64,000 bases of DNA from positions 87,420,001 to 87,484,000 of the forward strand of contig NC_042999.1 in assembly GCF_006345805.1 (NCBI RefSeq), read 5' to 3'. This document shows positions 54,709-64,000 of this stretch, piece by piece. Origin of the DNA: Octopus sinensis. Lineage: Eukaryota. The position numbers and the translations under genes are program-made. The notes beneath the pieces were generated by a model. That model was not told where the DNA came from and did no database searches. It saw nothing but the letters and a program-made list of their open reading frames with translations. The first letter of the stretch is position 1. Every line of letters begins with the position of its first letter.

Positions 54709-54739
54709 TTTTGTTAATATATATATATCGAGCTGAAAG

Positions 54740-54893
54740 CGTGGCTGTGTGGTAAGAAGCTTGCTTCACAACCACATGGTTCTGGGTTCAGTCCCACAGT
54801 GTGGTACTTTGAGCCAGTGTCTTCTACTATAGTCTTAGGCTTACCAAAGTCTTCCGGGTGGATTTGGTAGACTAAAACAGAAAGAAATCTGTC

Positions 54894-54897
<4 letters not shown>
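54740..54897 (+). mobile_element. SINE family A 5' half
   Basis: gcgtggctgtgtggtaagaagcttgc..gggttcagtccc..ggatttggtagac. Confidence 0.85.
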
Positions 54898-54947
<50 letters not shown>

Positions 54948-55214
54948 CCGTTGCTATTATGTTAACTGCAGTATGTCATATTTGACCCAGTGCCTTTTTT
55001 CAATATTCATTTTTACTTGCAGTTGCCAGTTCTTTTGTTCAAATTATCATATCTCCAGCTGCTGGAGATACCAAGATATCAAAACTTGTCAAAGTGTAGT
55101 ACAGTAGTGTTACTATGGAATGGTGAAACTATTTTTTCGTTTTCTGAAAAGGCAACGTTTTGGACTTAACGGCACTTTTGCATCATAGCAACGATATATA
55201 TATATATATATATC

Positions 55215-55248
<34 letters not shown>

Positions 55249-55249
55249 A

Positions 55250-55464
55250 TTGGCTTCTTTCAGTTTCCGTCTACCAAATCCACTCACAAGGCTTTGGTCG
55301 GCCCGAAGCTACAGTGGAAGACACTTGCCAAAGGTACCATGCAGTGGGACTGAAGCCGGAACCATGTGGCTGAGAAGCAAGCTTATTTCTTTCTTGCCCA
55401 CAAGGGGCTAAACACAGAGGGGACAAACAAGGACAAACAAGCTTCTTACCACACAGCCACTCCT
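55250..55464 (-). mobile_element. SINE family A 5' half interrupted by a family B tail (55385-55437)
   Basis: CAAGCTT flanks the insert at 55378-55384 and 55438-55444. Confidence 0.8.
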
Positions 55465-55630
55465 CTGTGTGTGTGCGTGCCTTTGTATCTGCCTTACTCT
55501 TGGTGTTGGTGAAATTACGCCGCTGTAAAGTAGCGGTTCGCCAAAAGAGACCCATAAGTATCAGGCTTAAAAACATATGCAATAAGTACTGGGGTCGACT
55601 CGTTGAAAGAGATGCTCCAGCGAGGTCGTT
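55465..55630 (+). mobile_element. SINE family A 3' half, diverged
   Basis: tggtgttggtg..gtagcggttcgccaaaagagac..ataagtactggggtcgac..gctccagc. Confidence 0.75.
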
Positions 55631-55743
55631 GTCCAATGACTATATATATTGCGATAGTTTCAGTTAAGCAGCGTTGATATTTACGATTCTGTAATTAATA
55701 CGAACTAATTGTAGTTCATAAAATCTGACGGAATGAAATAGGT

Positions 55744-55815
55744 TGCGCGCTAGTCTAATGGTAGTGTAATTGTCTCGAAAACAAAGGGGTGTGGTTTCGA
55801 GTCCCACGTGTACGG
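55744..55815 (+). pseudogene. tRNA-like cloverleaf remnant (tRNA pseudogene or head of an otherwise unseen SINE)
   Basis: A-box TAGTCTAATGG, anticodon-like arm TTGT(CTCGAAA)ACAA, T-arm GTGG(T)TTCGAGTCCCAC, and a wobble-rich acceptor stem TGCGCGC/GTGTACG. Confidence 0.5.
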
Positions 55816-55900
55816 GAAAGCTTACTGCTTTTCTGTCGAGGGCTTATATGCTCCATTATTAGATTATTTTCTTTAGTTATGGCGCGGTGATCGGTTATAA

Positions 55901-55972
<72 letters not shown>

Positions 55973-57092
55973 TCTTGATCCAGAGATTGGGCTCCAAAGT
56001 ACATGCGATGAATGATGTTATAGGTAAGTAATTACGATATAAAAGTAGGAAAAATTATGCAAAATAGGAACTAGTTATTATAGGTGGTAGCTGATCGTAG
56101 TATATTACAGGTATTTGTACAAACCAAATTAACGTGGTTGTCACCTTCGACTTATTACACGTCGCAACCAAATCACATTGGACAATGTAGTCCTGTACAT
56201 ACTGTCGGATCAAAAGGAAACGAGATGGTTACATTTAGAATGTCTTTGATTACAGAACTGCATAATCACGATCAATCTGGAATTAAACAACAATTTGGTA
56301 TTTATACAAGGCAATGAGAGAACTTCTAAGTAGTCGATCGATCTTGCAAGAAATAACAACCTAAAGTGTCCTCTAACTGCGTTCTACTCTCTATGGGAAA
56401 ATAGAGATGCATATTAGAAAATGTAGTCCTAGATATGCAATCCATGAAGTAGACATGTCTGGAATACTTTTGATCATGGTTTTGCTTAGTAAGAGCTACC
56501 GGGGGTTAAACAACAACAGCAGCAACAGCACAAACAACAACAGCAACAATAACAGAAGCTACAGGAATGGGTATTTTATTGACACAAAATAGATGGAAAT
56601 TTGGAATCTAGAGAGATGAAACGAAATACTTTAAAGTATGTAGTTCGGCGCTTTACTATTTCTACTAACTCATCATCTACCCCATCCCTCTATTATATAA
56701 CCATCCGTACAGCAGCAGGCAATTATGTCTGCACATAACAATCAATCAATCAATACATACATATACATACATACGTACATAAATACATACATACATACAT
56801 ACATACATACATACACATACGCATATATATATACATAAACACACATACGCATTTACACATGTATTACAAGCAATCGATTTCACTGACTGTTAAGGACGAA
56901 CGCATCTAACCAATGACATAAAATGGAATCGATTTGTTCATGATTTTGGGAGCTGTCATGGTTCTTGCACATGACTTATGAATAGGAACTAGATTCACTT
57001 ATCGAGTTCCTGACGTCTTTCCCTATTTCTTCAAAGAAGGCAATTTGGTTGGCACTAAGGGTTGTTACCAGAACCGAATACAGCAGTATTAT

Positions 57093-57137
<45 letters not shown>

Positions 57138-57516
57138 CTTCTCTCTCTGTCTGATTGTCTGTGGGCCTGTCTCTCTCTCCATCTCCTCTCTTACACCCTC
57201 CTCTCGGTTATGTACACACATTCATGGAACAAAGAGGAATTAATATCACCAGGCATGTGATCGTTCGACTTGCTAGAAGTAGCAACCAAATCTTACTGAA
57301 ATTACACTCACACCCTTAAAAGAGAAGAGAACCAGTGGATAATGTACTCCTAGATAGACTGAGTCAGAAAAAAGTTATGTTGATTACTGATAGAATACCT
57401 TTGGATGCTAGGTCTACTTGATTAGAGCCCTTATTTGGCCAAACCTGGGCATCGAAAGAGGTAATATATTGTGACCTCAATATTGCTCTTCCTACAGCCA
57501 ATTAATATTAAGATAA

Positions 57517-57735
57517 AGGTAGTGAGAGCTAGCAGAATCATTAACATGCCGGGTAAAATGTTTTGCGGTATTTCTTCCGTCATTACGTTCTGGGTTCAAA
57601 TACCGCCGCAGTCACCTTGGCCTTCCATACTTTCTGGGTCAATAAAGTAAGTATCAGTTGAGCACTGGGGTCGATGTAATCGACTTACCCCATCTCCGAA
57701 CTTGCTGGCCTAGTGCCAAAATTTGAAAACCAATA
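57517..57735 (+). mobile_element. SINE family B
   Basis: gagagctagcagaatcattaac..ctgggttcaaatacc..gcactggggtcgatgtaatcgac..gctggcctagtgccaaaatttg. Confidence 0.85.
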
Positions 57736-58012
57736 TTAGATGAGGTATACAGTATGGTCTAAATTCAAATAAATATTTATCGTAGCAGAAGCGAAATAGA
57801 AGACAAAACGGCCAACGAATGCAATGGTTTTGCAACGAATAGTTCCCATTAAAAAATTTAGATTCTACTTCATATCAAAGTTCACCGACATATACACCAG
57901 GAGAAGGCTTCAAAGCGATCACTTGATCTGCTACAAATAGCCAAATCTCTCACAAACCATACCTGACAGATTTAAACAAGGCAGGACTGTATAACATAAT
58001 TCTCGATATCCT

Positions 58013-58205
58013 TTTTATCATAGGCACAAGGCTCGAAACTTTGGAGGAGGAGGGGGAGTCTAGTCGATTACATCGACCCCAGCTCTCAACTGGTAATTAG
58101 TTCATCGACTCCGAAAGGATGAAAGGCAATGTCGACGTCGGTGAAATTTGTACTCAGAACGTTAAGCCAAAAGATATGCTGCTAACGATTCTACCCTCTC
58201 GCAGC
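58013..58205 (-). mobile_element. SINE family B
   Basis: taggcacaaggctcgaaa..gtcgattacatcgacccc..gaaaggatgaaaggc..gtcgac. Confidence 0.85.
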
Positions 58206-58325
58206 TTTATTATAGTTTTAGATATACTGTATCTAAATAATCGTTTCTAACATAAACCTGATACTTTTATCAGCATAAGCTATACATTGACTGGTACTTT
58301 TATCAACATATGCTATTCTTTAGAG

Positions 58326-58470
58326 CAGTCATGGGCAAACTGCAGGCCGCAGGATTTTACAAATGGTACGCCCACGAAAAATTACCTTGAATTTTCTCAG
58401 TAGTGTGGACTGCTTGATGATATGCCATCTCCCATGTAGCCTACTTCTCGAAAACAGTTGTTCATGCCTG
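58326..58470. mobile_element. hAT-type MITE (145 bp) with a degenerate 8-bp TSD
   Basis: CAGTCATGGGCAAACTG ... CAGTTGTTCATGCCTG; flanks CTTTAGAG and GCTTAGAG (6/8 identical). Confidence 0.7.
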
Positions 58471-58607
58471 GCTTAGAGTTAGGTAGACTTGGGCCAGCGA
58501 CAGGCAGATGAATTGTCTTCCAGGTGAAAACTAAAATAAAATGCGTTCTCGATACAATACAAGAGATCATGTTAAATATTTGTTCATTCTTCCGTGTCCC
58601 TATTCTT

Positions 58608-58818
58608 TTCTACTCTAGGCACAAGGCTCGAAATTTTTGGGGAGGGGGCCAGTGGATTAGATAGACCCCAGTACGCAACTGGTACTAAATCTATCGACCC
58701 CGAAAAGATGAAAGGCAAAGTCGACCTCGGCAGAATTTGAACTCAGAACATAAAGACAGACGAAATACCACTAAGCATTTTGCCCGGCGTGCTTACGTTT
58801 CTACCAGCTCGCCGCCTT
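58608..58818 (-). mobile_element. SINE family B, well conserved
   Basis: ..tcgaccccgaaaagatgaaaggcaaagtcgacctcggcagaatttgaactcagaac..ccagctcgccgcc. Confidence 0.9.
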
Positions 58819-59290
58819 TTCCGTGTCCCTATTGCTTACCGAAGTAAGCTGTCATTACCCAATAGTGCCTATTTATTAGTTATGTGGACTGAGTTAGCAA
58901 GATTTAAGGTGTCTTGGTACTGAAAATGCGTAACGCGAAAAATGTGGTGTTATGAATATTCAAGTCTTCCCAGTTTGTGAATAGAAAACACGTAGTTAAA
59001 AAAGAATGTTTATTTATTATTTTACTAACTTTATTGCCGAAGATAATTAAAATGGTGGTTCAATGGAGGTCTACAACATCGAAGTTGTAGATCTTTATAA
59101 TGAACAGTAATTAAGAGGAAACCATTGTTAATTAGAGCGTTATTCCTGAAATTCGTTACAAAATAAATGAGTGTATAATTTTCGTGATAGATGGCTTAAT
59201 TTTTTGATATATCGGTCATCTGATATAGAACTATTTCCACGTGCCAATAGAACCAAACATTCCGCAGAATCTTGTTTAGATATAAGGAGT

Positions 59291-59410
<120 letters not shown>

Positions 59411-62400
59411 GACGGAATAAGGGAGAAAAAAAAACTCTTGCGTTGTTTGTAGGAATATTTATCCGCATTTGTATGTATGTGTGTATATGTGTATGTATGA
59501 GATAGAGATAGATAGATAAAGATAGAAAAAGGAAAAGAAGTTAAGAGAAAGGTGTGTAAGAGAGAAAGAGAGATAGAGAGTGGAGATGAAAAAGAAGGAA
59601 TGTAAAAGTACAAGGCGCTTTCTGGTTAGTATTCATTTTGAATGTCAGTTTTGATATACAAAACCATGATATTACCATGTCTTCCCTACTTTCCAGCATT
59701 TCACTATCATATACATACATAGAAAAATAGATAGATAGATACATACATACATAGACACGCACACACACATAAACACACATATGAATATGTGTGTGTCCAC
59801 ACACACACACACGCGCGTACACATATATGAATATGAATGGTAAAACATCTCCTCTAAGAATTGAGAATGTATTATGTTTACATTAGTTACAATCGGCTAA
59901 ATTCTGCATTAACACTGGAAACATCTGTGTAAATGCCAAAATGACGGATATTAAAGAATCTATCCATCTAATATATAGGTTGGAAAATACTAGACCTGTT
60001 AATTGTTGTTTTTAATCTTCGCCGCAGCAGATCGTTCTGGCAACATAATGGAATTAGCCGGGAGTAATTTTGATCTTGATGCATTTCTCGAAGTGTACCA
60101 TTTTCTAGTTTGTTTCATTCTTTACTAGCATGTGGAAAATGTATTTCAGTTATTTATGGTTAAATAGATTTCTTGAGGGAAAAATCTCAAACGAAATGAC
60201 TACCACAATGGCCTACTGCTTAGTCACAACTTTGGCAACGTGTTTTTTCGTTCATACGTATTTGTTACTTTTTCTATTTTCAATAATAATAATAATAAAA
60301 AAAATATTGAAAAGCCCAATAGATATTACTTGCACTTGAATACTTTACTACAAATAAACACATCATGCAGGTTTGGATATATTGTAGTTCTCAGATATTA
60401 ATAAGATTATAAAATTTAAAAAGAAACATTCGCCTCTCACTTATGTGCTTCTTTGATGGAAAGTGAAAGAAATGGAGTAGTCCAATTGAATTGGTGTATC
60501 ATCTCTTAAACAATCTCCCTTTTGGATACTTTAATGGGGGTGACTGTTTGAAAATACTGATAATATAATCTTTATAAGGATACAGGAAGAAGATAACATT
60601 TGTACGATAAATAGGATGATCTACATTTACACAAGACATGTTAAACTGGAAGTTATCCGTTTTATGTATTTCCCAAAGGCATTGCGACCTAGGCAAAATG
60701 GCTTCAGCTTAGAAACGAAAGTGGCGCGTGGACATGATTATTCAGCTTCTAAACTCTATGTAGATTATGTGCTCTCTTCTATGGTCGAACATAACGCAGA
60801 ATAACAAGGAATTAGGTGATTCAACAATAAAAAGCCAAAAAGCACAAAAAAAAAAAGAAAGTTTTCAGAGAAGAATACAGTGGAATTTCTTGTAAGTTCT
60901 TATAAGTTTCTTGACAAGCAAAAGAGTTGAACCGAAAATGCCCTTCTAAGGAAACATTGGTTAACTTATAGATTTGCTCCTGTTGCTTGCAACGGTTAGC
61001 TGTACCCATCCTTGGCACGTGTTCCAGGTAAACGAACAGGACAATTTTTTAATCCGCGGTTGTATATTGTTCGTTCTTCTTTTACGAATCTTCACTATTC
61101 CTGGTATTTTCATGTATGATACACTATTAGTAACTATAAGAAACAGTTATTGAAATACAAGATTCACTTAAAATAACCCTCCACCAGAATCAAAGCCATA
61201 AGACAAAAAAAAAAATACAGCAAGACAATGAATCTCTCCCCAAACACAAAATATGGCCTAAATTCATAAAATAATGATTATCAAATTTTGGAAACTGTAG
61301 AAACGATATGGAGTCGGAGTAAAATGCTTGTTAGTATTTAGTTTGGCATCTCTCTTTGTTGAGTTCAAAGTAAAATCAACTTTGTCTTTCATGTTGCATT
61401 AGTCAATAAAATAAGTACCATTGATATTTTAGGCTCCTTTTGGAAATTGGTCCTTTGCCTACTCGAAAGAAATTAATTAGAAACCAAAATGAAAGTACTC
61501 GAAAGAAAGTAATACTAGTAGTATGTTTAACAAATGCACAACCCGCTGTAGAGAGTATATATTCCATAATTATCACTGGGTCATTATTGGGAGGGCCACT
61601 GGAAGATTTTGTTTTCATGTGGTGATTAAGTGAAGGAGATACGTTGGCGAAGCTTTCTCGTTATCTGCTTAATGCCGAAATAGTAGAATATATAGCAAAA
61701 GCTAACGAGAGATTCGTGAATACTACCTGAAGCGACATAAGAATTAATTGCCTTCTTCTGACACACACACACACACACACACAAACTCACACACACACAC
61801 AAACTCACACACACACACACGTTCCCTATCGGCGAACACCACATCAAACCGCACTTTTTTTTTTCGAGATTATTAAAAAACTATTGATTTCCTTTGTTTC
61901 TCAAGTTGAAGAGGTTATAGTCGTATAAACGATTTCAGTTAAATACTGGTAATTGCTTTATCGACATCCGTAGAAAAGACGACGGGAAGTAGTAATAGCA
62001 GAAAAGGTAATAGTAGCAGTAGTAGTAGTGGTAGTGTTAGTGGTGGTGTTGGTGGCTAAGTTTATCGAAGAGGGTTTTTAACTATGAAACAGCATATAAG
62101 ATGCCGTTAAAGTATCTCAGTCTAGCTCTTAAAAGTCTGTGCAGCGACCCGATCAGACTAGTTTCGAGCGGGAGCGGCGAAGACGAGATATTGAAACATA
62201 TCTGATGTTCCTTCGGCACACAACTTGTACAGATTATTTACTCAGTTTAATATTTGCTTTCATAAAGGGTGTGTAATGCGTTTTAATTTAGAAGATAATC
62301 TATACAGTAAATCTCTTTGGTTTTAGTTTAGAGCTATCATATTTTACAGTTCAGTTGTTCTTCATCAGTTTAATATCCGGTTATATTATATTAACATTAT

Positions 62401-62489
62401 TGCAAAGGTTTACAACTGACACAGAAAAGTAGAAACTAGATTCTAATCAAGATTTCTCAAAAATCTATAATCACAATGCCTAAGTGTAT

Positions 62490-62564
<75 letters not shown>

Positions 62565-63252
62565 CACACACACACACGCACACACAACTGTATGTATGTA
62601 TATACTATACCAACACCTATGCTCTCTACACATGTATATGTGTGTATGTGTGCATGTGTATAATATGCCAACACTCATGCATACATATGTAAACACACAC
62701 ACACACACATACACACACACATATATATATATATATATACATACATATATACACACCTGTATGTACATACATATGTATATGTATGCGCACACATATCACA
62801 TACAAAAACGTACACAAATACTAATAATGTGTATATTAAACTTTCGTTATCTACTCTTTATAGCTCGCCAACTATTTACATACACAATTACATACATATG
62901 CACCCACGCACCGATGGAAATACACATGTATACAACATGCGCAAGTGCGCGCGCACACATATACACATTTTCAATGTAAAAGCGCTAAATAATTTATAAT
63001 TGTTAGTGTCGATGGTGCAGGGAACCAAATGTCTGTTTATCTTATCCAATCATGATTTGGTTTAGTTGTTTCTGCAACGGTTAATTTCCTTTTGTCTTTT
63101 ACGTTATACGCTTGAAAGGAATTGTTCTACGAGTTAGTTTTCTAACGAAGTTTGTAATTGTTTATAGGTTTGTTACCAAAGAAAATACCCCGACAGAAAG
63201 TTTAAAATTGAAGGTTGGGATATATTATTAAAATTTCTATCAAACATAGTGC

Positions 63253-63432
63253 ATAGGCGTGTGTGTGTGGTAAGAGGTTTGCCTCTCTGCCATGCGGTTT
63301 CGGAATCAGTCCCACAGTCCCACTTTGTGGCACCTTGGGCAAGTGTCTTCTACTGTAGCACCGAACAGAATCTTGTGAATGAATTTGGTAGACGAAAACT
63401 GAAAGAAGCACGCCATGTATCCGCGCGGATGT

Positions 63433-63471
<39 letters not shown>

Positions 63472-63600
63472 CATGCGTGCGTGCGTGTGAATGTGTTTAT
63501 ATGAGTGTGTGTGCGTCTTTGTGTTTGTCCTTCACCGGTGTTGGTTTGTTTATGTAGCTGTGACATATTGGTTATGCATAAGAGACAAAAAGGTCGCTTA
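63253..63600 (+). mobile_element. SINE family A with internal (TG)n
   Basis: aggcgtgtgtgtgtggtaagagg..gtggcaccttgggcaagtgtcttctac..gtagacgaaaactgaaagaagc. Confidence 0.8.
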
Positions 63601-64000
63601 TTCTGTCAGAAATAACAATGAAAGCTCTCTCGAAGTTAAACCTAATCATCTTAAAACGACAGTAATATATTGGATAGTGTAATATTGATGATTCAAATGC
63701 CCAGAAAAAATACAGGATCGCTACGACAGGATCGCCACGACAGGAACGTCTTCGATCACAGGTCGGCTTAGTCAAAGTTAACCTAGGGCAAAACTACAGC
63801 ATCAATCAGCCAACAACACTCATGGGATGATATAAAAGCTATAGTGATAAGTACAGCATATACTTCTACATGAGCGGATATACTTTTACACTTGGTAGAT
63901 ACACCTGGATTGTTTATCATCGCTTTTCTAGGTAACTAAGTTATAAATTGTGGTGGTGGTGATGGTGATGGTAATAATGAGGTGGAGGTCGTGATACACG

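Noticed and set aside
62150-62200. GAAACTAGTC palindromic helix-III-like string in a small GC-rich patch (minus strand)
   Set aside because: No CUGANGA core or helix II upstream; also no evidence for a promoter.

Overview
AT-rich, microsatellite-dense animal genomic DNA, most likely an octopus (inferred from recalled octopus SINE families, not from a database search). The only supported host gene is one large minus-strand exon of an acetylcholinesterase-type gene: exon 19484-17905, ATG at 19439, signal peptide, intact Ser/Glu/His triad, ending at a phase-2 GT donor inside the Gly codon of 'NYAKTG'. I could not find its 3' exon(s) or 5' UTR exon(s). The rest is repeat-rich, presumably intronic or flanking DNA. 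It contains several tRNA-derived SINE families (labelled A-D here, with shuffled modules), an unclassified dispersed repeat (E), decayed RTE and CR1-like LINEs, a mariner/maT-like transposase remnant, Tc1/mariner-type and hAT-type MITEs, and many simple repeats. The most notable unexplained signals are RNA-structural. Several short fragments, most next to (TA)n tracts, carry minimal type-I hammerhead-ribozyme motifs of the Penelope-like-element kind; two families with unrelated helices share a non-canonical CCGACGA core. A GC-rich structured island at 13.3 kb partly matches an HDV-like ribozyme fold. Nearly all other ORFs in the track are microsatellite artefacts. Repeat boundaries were read by eye and are approximate.
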